The notes under the pieces were generated by a model. It saw only the letters and a program-made list of their open reading frames with translations, was not told the origin of the DNA and searched no databases. Both the position numbers and the translations under genes were made by a program. 64,000 bases of DNA from positions 1 through 64,000 of the IMG/VR virus record IMGVR_UViG_3300049427_000004; one strand, given 5' to 3'. Position 1 is the stretch's first letter. Each line of letters begins with the position of its first letter. Positions 10,601 to 21,132 of this stretch are shown here, piece by piece. The DNA is from a virus.

Positions 10601-11658
10601 TTTTCTATGTATTCAAATTTCTTATATGCTGGTTTGAATAGGTGACGAACTGTAAATTCAGGTAGCTCGATTTTTGGAATCGAAACATCCTGCTTCAAGT
10701 CATAATCCTCCACCATTTCACCGATAAGCATTGTGTTTGCAATGGCTTCATTAATCTGCACTTCTGTCAGGTTGTCATTTATGCTTAATCGTTCTACAAT
10801 CTCTTCTGTTTTTTGAACAAAACAGGCTTCATAGAAACTCTCTGTTTCACGATCTCCATCTTTTGAGTTTAAGTATGCTTTATGTACTAACAAATCTTCA
10901 GGTCTTAAAAAGTGAGCATCAGTTGCAACAATTGTTTTTATATTATAAAAAGAAGCAATGCTAACTGCTCTTTTGTTAAACGCGATTTGCTCAGCTGATA
11001 ATGCTGGCTGCAATTCAACAAAGAACTTATCTTTTCCAAATACGTCTATACACCATTTCATAAACACATCAATCTCTATCTTTAACTTACTAATTTTCTC
11101 ATTGTCACCTTCATTTTCAGCATCAATCAGTTTTAATGTATTAATTGCCAGCTCTGATCCTAAACATGCTGTAGTAGCAATCAGATGACCTTTATTACTC
11201 CCTATCACTTCTTTTAGAATGTGCTTCTCAGTTGGAACACGCTCCATTAATCCAGTTACAAACCTATTCTCCCATGCGATTGATGACAATTCTTTCAATT
11301 GTTCATATCCAATTTCATCACAGGCCAATAAAATGAAATGAGGGAATTTTGTAATACCCCCCTTTTGATAATTATCTCTTACATCAATCAAACTATTTAC
11401 AAGATAAATTTCATTTCCAAGAATAAGTTTAAAATCTTGAGGCATAATTTTATCTTTTTTCATACTCTTAACTGTTTTTAGAGCTTCTACATGTGATGAT
11501 AAGCACTCATGATCCGTCACTGCGATGCCCTTATAGCCCAAATCCACGGCAGTTTTTATCAAGTCGTTTGTTTTATTTATCGAGTCAAGTAGCCTGATAT
11601 TTGAACCCTTCGCTGTATGACAGTGACATCCAATAAATTGATGTTCCAGTCTCACCAC
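7684..11658 (-). CDS. dnaE: DNA polymerase III alpha subunit (SPbeta YorL-like)
   Basis: PHP domain (HCHT, AVTDH), GAGRGSAAG, PDIDID catalytic motif, YSFSDLH, OB fold. Confidence 0.95.
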   Translation of the reverse strand: MVRLEHQFIGCHCHTAKGSNIRLLDSINKTNDLIKTAVDLGYKGIAVTDHECLSSHVEALKTVKSMKKDKIMPQDFKLILGNEIYLVNSLIDVRDNYQKGGITKFPHFILLACDEIGYEQLKELSSIAWENRFVTGLMERVPTEKHILKEVIGSNKGHLIATTACLGSELAINTLKLIDAENEGDNEKISKLKIEIDVFMKWCIDVFGKDKFFVELQPALSAEQIAFNKRAVSIASFYNIKTIVATDAHFLRPEDLLVHKAYLNSKDGDRETESFYEACFVQKTEEIVERLSINDNLTEVQINEAIANTMLIGEMVEDYDLKQDVSIPKIELPEFTVRHLFKPAYKKFEYIEKMSNSKEDQDRFLVKLIEDGFDEKVPRNTLSKEYFYKILSRINIELEELWHISLSMNQAMSAYYVTIREIINIIWDDCGGNSIVGAGRGSAAGFYINYLLDITQVDPMKYDLPHWRHLHKSRPDFPDIDIDSEASKRQTILKALKDRFGERKVLNIATFGTEKSKSAVLTSCRGLGIDSDTAAHIASLIPWERGQNWSLSDCLYGDENENRKPVVEFINEIEKHDRLKETALKIEGLVNKRSIHASGVFVYNEDFTKKNAMMRAPSGQWTTQFSMSDSEYMGGIKYDFLTVEGMDKMRETLNLLVEYNEIEWQGSLKQTYKKYIHPDTLDYKSPEVWNRIGNNEVIDLFQFNTQIGIETIRKTKPTNVLEMSVANSLMRLMAESGAIQPVDLYVKHKENIEFWYEEMREANLTVDEITIMEKHLLAKYGVADSQESIMIIVMDVKIGNCSVADANVLRKAIAKKDKDYLETAKDLFYSSGEKAGTSIHLLNYVWNVQVKRQIGYSFSDLHNIVYTIIGIQEVNLFNKYNPLYWNTAVLTVNSSSSDEQEDIDEEDRKNKSTDYGKVASAIGMLKSHNVNIGLPDINKAAFGFKPDTEANEIVYGLKGVVGIGDDIVQHIVSKRPYSSFEDFLIRLYDTSTVKKSHVIQLIKAGCFDSFDDRFAVMRKFINKIFSPKEKLNMQNFNMLVENNLIPDELKSYASLYKFRKYVIKKIHSTTDKKDKQYLLDSKSQPYFDEHFSDGSVVDYLRGYALISEKLFKKEYDKKMDGIKDWLTNPQTLELVNRHLFNEEWNSNASGSTSKWEMDSLSFYYGEHELLNIKNEMLGISSFSNLPEEVEIVDYFQFRDGGTRPKFKISAIVGTVLDRDKNKHTVTLLTPDGVVTVKYYDGAFAQYNKQVSKPITQDKKEILEKSWFTRGNKLVIFGYRRGSQFVPKVYKDTKINDKKIEHTTMLITDVLIDGSFKTKSERTKI

Positions 11659-11694
11659 TCCTTCCCTTTTAAATCTATCATTTCAATCTTTGTA

Positions 11695-11952
11695 TTAACT
11701 CGTTAAACTGACGATATGTCCCAAAGTCTCCCTAATTATTCTCTCTGTAATTTCTTCACCTTTTTCGAAATATCTGTTACCGTGTTTTCGTTCATAGTCG
11801 ATCCAAGTTTCCAAACGGAATGTATCATAGCGGTCTGACTCTTTTTGCACCTCAGATAAGGATACTGCTTTTAGTATGGTGTCTCCTAAACTACTACTTT
11901 CAGAAATTAACTCCTCATCAAGTCCTAATTGAAACAACTTATATTTTGTCAT
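11695..11952 (-). CDS. Hypothetical phage protein
   Basis: 85-aa ORF with GAAAGGA RBS. Confidence 0.65.
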   Translation of the reverse strand: MTKYKLFQLGLDEELISESSSLGDTILKAVSLSEVQKESDRYDTFRLETWIDYERKHGNRYFEKGEEITERIIRETLGHIVSLTS

Positions 11953-12024
11953 GTCATATTTCCTTTCGAATAATCAGAATGTATAATTAGCTCGTATGTA
12001 ATGTAATAGTAAAGGTGTGATGCT

Positions 12025-12609
12025 ATGCTAAATGTAAAAATCACAATAGACGATGGAAAAGGTAAGAAAGCTGAACTTGAATTAAACGAAGATGAACAAC
12101 TACCAAAGTTAGTGATTATTCAAAATGTATTCAAACTGTTTGGAATCGATAATGATTTGTTAGATCAAATTAAAACATTTGACAATGCATCGAAGGCATA
12201 TTCTTCATTCTTCAGTGAAACAATTCCAGTTGAACCTGAATGGATAAAAGAGAAAGCTACGGATACTGACATTAGACAGAAGCTAATTGAATCATATGAA
12301 CAGAACAGAATTGAATTACAGAATACATATAAAGAAACTAAAGATCAACAACCTGAATTTGTGAGAACAGGAATTAAAATTAATAACGATGGCACAAAAA
12401 GATATAAGCTATATTACATATGTTCGAAATGTGACCATACTGGAAATCATTATATTTACGATTTTTCAAAGCATACATGGTGTCACAGTTGTAAGTTTGA
12501 AATGTTAGTCTATCCTGCAACACCTGATTACTTAACCAGAGATACAAAAGGTAATTTCTTTAGAGCTGGAGAGTATAAGGATATAAATTTAGCATGGACA
12601 ATTGGATAA
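12025..12609 (+). CDS. Zinc-ribbon protein of unknown function; only substantial plus-strand gene in the prophage segment
   Basis: AAAGGTGTGA RBS; CSKC...CHSC pairs; own divergent intergenic gap. Confidence 0.8.
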   Translation: MLNVKITIDDGKGKKAELELNEDEQLPKLVIIQNVFKLFGIDNDLLDQIKTFDNASKAYSSFFSETIPVEPEWIKEKATDTDIRQKLIESYEQNRIELQNTYKETKDQQPEFVRTGIKINNDGTKRYKLYYICSKCDHTGNHYIYDFSKHTWCHSCKFEMLVYPATPDYLTRDTKGNFFRAGEYKDINLAWTIG

Positions 12610-12654
12610 TCCCAATTGTCTTTTTTTGTAATGAAAGTGTTCTTATATTTCCAT

Positions 12655-13641
12655 TTAAAAATCATAGTGCGAAGCATCTTCAACATTATCCATTTCACCA
12701 TCATTGAATTGATATTTATTAATATTTATCAATAATTTTGATTGTTCATGCTTCTGTATTTTCCAACCACTTTCAATAAGCTTTGCCATTCTATATGCTG
12801 AAGTTATTGGTGTTGTTGATGTGATATTGTAGATCAAAATTTTTCTCTCAGCCGAGATTTTTGTATCCAGTGTTACATTTAACTCATTGTTGCTTGGAAA
12901 GTAATATCCCATACAATGAACATAATCAAATCTGCTGCACACTTCCTCTGGATCTCCATAATCTTTGAGTATTATTTGAAAATCTTCACACAGGCTAATT
13001 GCTCTATCCGTATAGAACATTGGCACATCATCATATCCATTTAAAAGAGTAATTGGACGATGATTTTCTCGCTGATACATTTGACTAATCTCATACCTCT
13101 TCTTAAAGTATTCTTGGATAGCGTCCAGTGCTTCTTTATTTGAAACGAAGTAATCAATGTCTTTTGGTTTTTCATCACGGATAATTGAAGATAGCGATCC
13201 TCCAGCTATGTAACAGTTCTTATTGATGATATCTTTAATTTCATCACTTTCAATAAGATTGATAAATTCTTTGTGCTTCATTGATAATTTACTCTTTAGA
13301 TTAGCTTCCCATGATTCTTCTACAATATCTTCATCATCATATACAGGTTCGATTGGTTGAAAATTATATGGATTTATCCAGCCAATAATATATGTATTAT
13401 TGTCACTTTCAAATTTGGTTGCCTTCTCATGAAGATATAAAAAATACTCATATGCTGTTTCCTTCTCAAATGGAAAACTTTTAGTATATTTAAATATCTG
13501 CTTATTGGATGGATATGTGTTGATGCTCGTGTCATAACCAATAACTGCTTGACTAAAAGGATCATATACGAAGGAGAAGTTTTTCCTTGTTCCTATATCT
13601 TCAACCTCAAAACCTTGCTTGTAAAATTGATTCTTAAGCAA
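12655..13641 (-). CDS. Pol-beta superfamily nucleotidyltransferase (CCA/poly(A)-polymerase head-like) with extra N-terminal domain
   Basis: YIAGGSLSS...KDIDYF (GG plus DxD), DRAISL, SRFDYVHC. Confidence 0.7.
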   Translation of the reverse strand: MLKNQFYKQGFEVEDIGTRKNFSFVYDPFSQAVIGYDTSINTYPSNKQIFKYTKSFPFEKETAYEYFLYLHEKATKFESDNNTYIIGWINPYNFQPIEPVYDDEDIVEESWEANLKSKLSMKHKEFINLIESDEIKDIINKNCYIAGGSLSSIIRDEKPKDIDYFVSNKEALDAIQEYFKKRYEISQMYQRENHRPITLLNGYDDVPMFYTDRAISLCEDFQIILKDYGDPEEVCSRFDYVHCMGYYFPSNNELNVTLDTKISAERKILIYNITSTTPITSAYRMAKLIESGWKIQKHEQSKLLININKYQFNDGEMDNVEDASHYDF

Positions 13642-13655
13642 TAGTCAACCTCCTT

Positions 13656-14717
13656 TTATCTATTTACTCTATTTTCGTATTTCTCCACACTCAGAATATG
13701 CAAGGCATGTGACCATCCAAGCGGATTGTTAGGACATGGTTTCCCATCAGCCATATACCCTTCAGGTAAATATCCGTTTTCATCAAACAATTCTTCAGTC
13801 ATATCTATGTATTCTTTTGCCTTTTCAATATTACCTAATTCAAGGTGACATATCGCTAACCAAGGAATAAACATAGTCCATTGCATTTCAGTCTGATCGT
13901 AAAATTCCTTATGATGGTTTCTACCATGATCCTTTTCTAGAGTCGAGTAGTAGGAGTCGAATTTATAGCGTAGACATCCTTTATCTCGAACAAGTTCGGA
14001 TTCAACGTTCTTGATGATGGTTTCTGCCATATTCCGATCTACAATCTGAAACGGATAAATCAACGATAGTTGAGCTGCATCAACTGTCTTTGAGATGCTT
14101 TCATTAGTAAGTAGTTGTGAGAGAGCATCGATACCTTTTTGAATTAGCTCATCTGGAACATTGACGATATCTTTGACTTTAATTAATGATGAGACACATG
14201 CTCCAATTGAAGAAGCATGGATTTCAAGATCTTCTTCCCATAGCGAGTTGTCATGGTCATGCCAATATTCAATACAGTATAAATAGTCTACCAACATTTG
14301 AATAATTTCTAAATCTTCATCATTTCTAATGAGATTCATATCACGAGAAATTGCTTCCCCAAACATCCATAGGATAGCTGCTGTTGAATCATTTTGAGCA
14401 TTTCCCCACTCTACATCTACTTCGTATCCTTCAATTGTATAACGAGGATGAAGATATTCATAAGTGTAGATAGGTTTCTGGTATGTATGTATTTTCAATT
14501 TACTTTTATACCGTTTTAGAATATCTAAGATGGCGTGACAAGTTTTCAAATATCGACCACACGATTTATCAAGGTAAGGCATCACCTCGTAAAATGTATC
14601 ACGGAGCCAGATGAAATTGTATGTTGAGGAGAATGACGCCTTATACATATTGTTTGATAGTCTCAACTTATCCAAAATTACATAGCTTTGCTCAATACGA
14701 TCATCCACTTTAATCAT
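13656..14717 (-). CDS. Glycoside hydrolase family 15 protein (glucoamylase-like)
   Basis: WLRD, QNDS, LWEE...HASSIGA, DAAQLSL, PLGWSHA motifs. Confidence 0.8.
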   Translation of the reverse strand: MIKVDDRIEQSYVILDKLRLSNNMYKASFSSTYNFIWLRDTFYEVMPYLDKSCGRYLKTCHAILDILKRYKSKLKIHTYQKPIYTYEYLHPRYTIEGYEVDVEWGNAQNDSTAAILWMFGEAISRDMNLIRNDEDLEIIQMLVDYLYCIEYWHDHDNSLWEEDLEIHASSIGACVSSLIKVKDIVNVPDELIQKGIDALSQLLTNESISKTVDAAQLSLIYPFQIVDRNMAETIIKNVESELVRDKGCLRYKFDSYYSTLEKDHGRNHHKEFYDQTEMQWTMFIPWLAICHLELGNIEKAKEYIDMTEELFDENGYLPEGYMADGKPCPNNPLGWSHALHILSVEKYENRVNR

Positions 14718-15912
14718 TAAAATCACATCCTTTTTTCATATTTTAGTCTACTACAACAGTGTCTTTAATAACAGTAATTGCATCGATTGACCAATTTAAA
14801 AGTGATTCGTATGCTGATATATGTATGTATTCGTTGCCAACCTTAAGTTCGTTCAATTGTAGGCCTAAATTATGTAGATTGAAAATAGCTTCCTCCATCG
14901 AGAGCTTTTCCCTATTCATTTTTTCACCTCTTTGAGATCTAGATTTCATCAACCTTTATTACTTCAACATTGATAATCTGACCGAAATCTGGAACTTCGT
15001 TAGCCTCAACTAAAAATTCATTGAAAAGAGTGTTTAGTTTAGCATTATATTTCTCTAGCACTTCTTTTGATATGTATTTAAAATTCAACCAAGATTCCGA
15101 TATTTCACCACAATCGTCATATGCTTGCTCGGCAGCATTCTCAATTGTAATATCTAAGTATACACTTGGCTCATATTTAGACAACTGACCAATTTGGAAT
15201 TCTTCTCTATCCAATTCATTTTCTAAAATCTCATCTTTAGCTGCTTGAATAGCTTCCTCTCTTGAATCAAACCAACTACATTGCCAAACATCATAATTAT
15301 TAATATTGTATCCCCATTGCATATTCTTCATCTCCCTTATGAAATTTAACATTTATCGTCTGTGTTCTCAAAATTATATAATTTTCTGCCAGTTGGTTTT
15401 GATAGTTTATTTATAACCTCAGTATGTATTTCGATTTCTTCATCTGTAAAACTGCGCATCTCAGGAAAGAGATGTAAAGCATTACTACAATATTGAAAAT
15501 CTAATGCATTCCCACACGTTGGACAAATAATTTTGTTATCTCTGATACTTATTCCCTCCAATAAACATCACATTTCATCGCAATTCTGAAAAATCAATTG
15601 ACCATACTGGAAAACTTCCTTTGGAATCTTTTTTGCAATAGGTGTAACATCCACCTTCTCCGTCATAGCCACAGTATTCAGGTACTTTGATAAAGTACTT
15701 CACTGTTCTTTCATCGATGTCTGAAATAGTAGGCGTCCTCAACCCACCATCCTCAAATCGATAATCATTTTCGCCAATACAAAGCTCTATGGTTTGCTCC
15801 TTGCTATACTTCTTCGCATGTGCAACAAACTCCGTATCATTCCCTCCACTAAAACTCATGTAATCAAATTTTGACACTCTCTCACTCCCTTTCTTTTTAA
15901 ATTGCATCGAAA

Positions 15913-16097
15913 TTAATGTTTCAATTGCTCTAGCATATTTGTATAAGTAACAAATCCAGCACAAAAGCAAAAGATTGCTATGGCTACAATGCTGCCTATT
16001 TTTTCAACTCTTGTTTTTGCTTTATAATTCATTGTGGCAAACATAATGACGAAGATAATTAGCACTTCATAGCTGGCACTTCAATAGGAATATTCAT
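15913..16097 (-). pseudogene. Frameshifted small membrane-protein gene
   Basis: ATG after AGGTG reads MNIPIEVPAMKC*; the hydrophobic body SYEVLIIFVIMF...LEQLKH* is in another frame with no RBS. Confidence 0.45.
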
Positions 16098-16826
16098 ACT
16101 TCACCTACACTTTAAAATGGGTTTCTATAAACTGTTCTTTAACAAACTCCGCATAAACCAATAAGCAGGCCAAGCAAACAATGCAATGAGCATTACGACG
16201 ATCATCTGATAATCAAATCCATTTTCCTTTGTCTCTTCAAAAACAAAATCTTTTATATAGAAAATCAACGACCAAGTCCCAGCAGCTAAGTATAAAATTC
16301 CTATGGCAGCCAATGAAGTTATAAGCATTTATTATCTCCCCCTTCCCCATCAAATGGAGTTTTTATTTACTCTTTCCAATTAATAAACATATCTTTTGGA
16401 AAATATCCTATCGGAGTATCATTTACATATCTGCTTCCCTCAAAAGCTTTTAATAGCTTCAGCATTTCTTGACCATCTCTTTGACTTAGATTGAAGAATT
16501 TCACTACATTATACTTACCTTCAACACATACGACTGCCCAACTCTGGCCTCTGTTGGAGAGAGTGTCTATATCACTCCCTAGAGAAACGACATTACTAAT
16601 CGTAGTGTGTAGCGCTTCAATTTTATAATCGTGATTATTTAATATTTGAGCATGTGATTGAGATTTAGTTTCGCAAGATGAAACTCGACTATTGCTATCA
16701 AATATGTATTTTTGAAAATCAATTTGCATCTTATCTAATTCCAAGAAGGTTCGAAGCATATTCTTAAGTTTTCGTTTTAACTTTTTTATCATTTTCCAAT
16801 CATCGCCTCTCTATGTATGTCGCCTT

Positions 16827-17090
16827 TCATCGTCTTAAAAAACCATCACAGTACTGTCCAAGACCACACCATATATTGTGCTTATTACATTTACCACTTG
16901 GGTAACTCATCATGTTAGTTGTAAAGAACTCACAGATATCACAATCAATTTTCGATCTGACAGAATGAGATGTTAGTGATTTATTACAAGTATCGCAGTG
17001 AGGTTTATTGTCCTCGCCAAATATCTGATAAGGGATTTCTAAATCACAAGTTGGACATACAGCTAGACTAGTTGAATTTTTAAGCTCAAT
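16827..17090 (-). CDS. 87-aa Cys-rich protein with probable ATT start
   Basis: AAAGGAGG 8 nt before ATT; CPTC, CDTC, CDIC pairs plus further Cys; missed by the ORF track. Confidence 0.65.
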   Translation of the reverse strand: MELKNSTSLAVCPTCDLEIPYQIFGEDNKPHCDTCNKSLTSHSVRSKIDCDICEFFTTNMMSYPSGKCNKHNIWCGLGQYCDGFLRR

Positions 17091-20000
17091 AACAATTCCC
17101 TCCTTTGAAATACATCTTTTATCACCTTTTTACATTTAAAAAACGTAGCATTAACGAGCATTCGAGAGTATTTGGAAGGTTATTTTTGAATAGATTTCCA
17201 TTTATCAATTGGGCATTCTGGAAAATTCCCAAAATTATTAATTGCCCAATTAAGATCACTGAAAATTAATTTGTCATTTTGTAGATTACAGTGATAGTCA
17301 ATACAATCTATAGTCCCTGTTTCATAAACCTTTGCATTTGCGAATTGACAATTATAACATGAATAAGATTTAGTATAATCTTCGCACGGCGTTTCATCTG
17401 GAATAAGTTTATTATGTTTCTTACAATGCGAACGAATATCCCAAACTTCATTCTGTTCACAGTATGTATCAATTAAATATCTACATTCTTTATCAGAACA
17501 TGTACTCATTTTTTCTCCTCTTTCTTACCGATTATTGATGAACACTACGTTCCCATGCGCTTTCTCGTATAGCGCCATTTTCTCTTTCAGTTTTTCGTTT
17601 TCACTTTTCAAATTCTGAAGCTCTTCGTCTGTGTTGTCATATGCAAGATCAAACGCTGCTATATCCTCTACGATGTCAAGTTGTTCTTGTGTTCCAGTGT
17701 CAAGTAGCATTTCAGACAATCGATCAAGTTTTTCGAGAATAGATGATTTGGTATTTTTATTCATTATAAGCCTCCGTTTTTGTTTTCTAGATAATTATTT
17801 TGGACTACTGGAACTATATCATAGCCATTTCCATCTACGCCTTCAATGTTTTTAATTTCGATAATCTGAATTCTTCTTCCATGCATTTTCACTCTAAATT
17901 CATCTTCAAAAAATTCGGGAAATTGAAGAGCTATCTGTTCCTCATTTTCAGCAATAAAAAACTCTTCATGCGGAGAGAACTCAGGGTCATAGATATCTGT
18001 AATAAAATTACACTTGAATAATTTCATTTTTTTCACTCCTTATAAAATTTAATTTAACTGTTGTTGATTAAGGACACCCACCACTGTCATCTCCTCCAAA
18101 ATAATCTGGATAAGACACGTTAATATCAATCTCCTCATCAATTCGGAACACTCTAAAGTTTTTACAATTCATCTCTTTCATATATGCAACAAAATTCGAG
18201 ATGACTTTTACCCCATTTTCTTCATGATAAATGGCGCGCTCTTTCTCTTCTTCGTCCGTATAGGTGAGAATCCATTTCATAACCTCTATTCCTCCTCATA
18301 AATTGTATATTTTATTTATATATCGTTACTGCAATAATAGTTATCAAACTACATATAATCGTTATGATGCTGCATGTGTTAATAATGACAAATTGCTTCT
18401 TACTCATTCAATCACTCCTTTTGATTGTCTATGATTACTCATTAACTCTCTCATGCGCTGCATTCCCTCCGACTGATCTTTTTCAGTTGATGTTACATAT
18501 TTAATAAAATCATCATATTCCTCATCAGTTTCAAATTCGATTACAGTTGGTCGAATAGGTTTTACTTCTTCCTTTATATCAAATTTCCCTTTTTCAATTT
18601 GATATGCAACCCATTTCATTGCTGCACGATATCCTTGTGAATTATCTTCCATTTCGTCTTCAAGCCATTCCAGTAATTTTTTCTTGTCGAGTTTCACTTC
18701 AATCCTCCATCTTTGTTAAGTTTCCATTAGCATCCATTTTGAATCGTGGTCGAAACTTTTCTTCATTCAATCTCTCTGCATATTCATCAAATCTACCTTG
18801 ATCGTAAGCTGCTTTATAATGTTTTGCTCTGATGACTTTCATTTCTTCTGAGTAAAACAAATCATGCAATTGTTTTTGATTAAGGACATCCACCACTATC
18901 ATCTCCTCCAAAATACCTCAAATGAATTTATAATCCAAGAATTTCTTTAATCTCATTGAATGTTTCATCGTCAACATCAAAACGTATCTCACCATCTTTA
19001 ACATAATAACTATCTGGCTCAAATATTAAGATTGGAGTTCCATCATCTTGATTGTAAATTGTGATGTTCGAATCACCTACTGGAGCAACCGTAAATTTCA
19101 TTTATTCTTCCCCCTCCTATGAAATCTGAATTTCATTTCATTTTGTTAGTGTTGTAATCATCTGCCAGACAATATTTGAAATCACACCAATGCCAATACT
19201 AATGATAATAGGTTTAAGAATTTTCAAAGAATGTTTTAGCTTTATCTTCAAATCATTCATCTTAGTGCTTTTGCCTTGTAGCTGTCTAACCATACAATTA
19301 ATACAAGGCATGTATGCTTTATAGTCTCCATTCCTAATCTTATAAATCTCCCCACACGCACATGCAACATTGACTAATGTGTTCTTGCTAGGTTTTTTAT
19401 TACCTATTATTCTTCTATCTTCGAAGAATACATTCATATCAACTCACCTCCTCAATAAATTAGATATCTCATAACCTCAATGCTCTACCTTTCTCCATTC
19501 ACCTGAAATCTCAAAATCATAGCCGTCATCATCAGTTCTACTTATGTCTAGTAAATAGAAGCCATCTTCAGCTGCACGAACTACATACTTCTCATCCTGT
19601 AGTTCATTCCAAGAGATTAGTCGATTTTCTTCACTATCCCAAAATCCATATTTCATGTTTACCCTCCCCTATTTTATGAATTTAATCTCTTTAATATCTT
19701 TCGACCTAACATCATACATATCTGCTTCAATTACCTCTTTTTCTCCATTAATCCAATCCGCTACTATGATCGCTGCATCTAAAGAATCAATTTCTGTTCC
19801 GAATGTTGCACCATCATGAAACTCAAACAATACTTTCACAGAATCCTGCAAATTCATTGCCCCCTTTCCTCATTTAATCATTCAAATCCAATTCTTCCGT
19901 ATTAACATACAACAACTTCTCAGAGAATTTTCCGTTTATTTTTGTTCCGATTACAACCAATCCTTCATATTCTGCTAAAACTTCAACTTCGAGTTTAATT

Positions 20001-20268
20001 TTAATCTTATCGAACTTAGAACTACTCATTGCCTTCCCCCTCATGAAACGTGTCTTTCATCTAGAACTTTTTGTATCTTCTGTGCCAGCCACAGCTCCTA
20101 CAAGTCGCTGATACTCTTCTCGAATATGTAGTTATATTATTATAATCAGCCCATATCGTACCAACTTCTTTTTCTTCATAATTCCACTCATGTTTACAGA
20201 ACCAGCTTCTTATTGACCAGACTATCCAACTCATACCAAGTACTCCTCACCATAAAATAATACATTTA

Positions 20269-20910
20269 TCAAACGACCATTCTTCTATCACTTAGAATTT
20301 TACTAATACATCTTTTGTAAATAAGATGTGCTCCTTGCCTTGTCATCTTCAAATCTCTGCCGATATCTGATATGGCCTTTCCTTTGAAAAAATAATCACG
20401 AACTACTTTTCTTTCATTTTTATTAAATTGATTGCTGTTTCGTATGTACTTTTTGAATTTATTTTCATATATTTCATTTTCTACTTCTATGTATTCATTA
20501 GTTGTATTATTATCAGCAAGTACTTCATGCCAAGACGATGCATCCGATTCTTCTGGTAATGGCTCATCAATGCTAAACGAATAATACTTACTCCTACATT
20601 TCATGCTATTCGCTCTAGCTACTTTAATAAATTCTTGCCAAACTAGTCTTCCTGCATATGTAGTAAATTTAGTGTTTTTAGAGCTATCAAAATTGTTGTA
20701 TGCTAATGTTAATCCAATGTACCCTATACTCATTAAGTCTTCAATACTTTCATGTGAACCGTTTGATTTCCACTTATGTGCTAACTTCCTGATAAGCGCT
20801 ATGTTGTTTTCGAATAAAATAGTTTTAGAGACATTGCAGCCCAATTTAGCTAAAGTCATCATTTCTTCATTGTTTATACTTTTATCATATTTTTTGTTAT
20901 AAAGATCCAC
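20269..20910 (-). CDS. Phage sigma70-family factor, sporulation type (sigmaE/K/F-like)
   Basis: Region 2 EDLMSIGYIGLTLAYNNFD...KFTTYA; region 4 HTH ISDIGRDLKMTRQGA. Confidence 0.85.
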   Translation of the reverse strand: MDLYNKKYDKSINNEEMMTLAKLGCNVSKTILFENNIALIRKLAHKWKSNGSHESIEDLMSIGYIGLTLAYNNFDSSKNTKFTTYAGRLVWQEFIKVARANSMKCRSKYYSFSIDEPLPEESDASSWHEVLADNNTTNEYIEVENEIYENKFKKYIRNSNQFNKNERKVVRDYFFKGKAISDIGRDLKMTRQGAHLIYKRCISKILSDRRMVV

Positions 20911-21126
20911 CTAGCGACCTCCAATCCCATGTATGTCTACTTGTCTATCAGTTTGATTTGACACTTTAACCAATTTTGATTGAATTATCTCTTCTAAAAT
21001 TCCTTCAGAAAATTTCACTTTGTCTTGACCAAATTGATATTCCATTTTAAATATTGGACGACATCCAACAGGTAATCCGTTTTTGTAACAATGATTAATG
21101 AAATGCATTGCTTCCTTTGAAATCAT
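20911..21126 (-). CDS. Hypothetical protein
   Basis: 71-aa ORF with GGAGG RBS, coupled to the sigma gene. Confidence 0.65.
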   Translation of the reverse strand: MISKEAMHFINHCYKNGLPVGCRPIFKMEYQFGQDKVKFSEGILEEIIQSKLVKVSNQTDRQVDIHGIGGR

Positions 21127-21132
21127 TATGAT

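Larger units (their letters stand above)
14743..20238 (-). other. Run of about 22 short accessory ORFs (30-140 aa), several Cys-rich or membrane-anchored
   Basis: Track ORFs plus unlisted ORFs with RBSs in the gaps (e.g. 18312-18407 and others near 18930-19100, 19470-19655, 19875-20030, 20060-20235). Confidence 0.8.
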
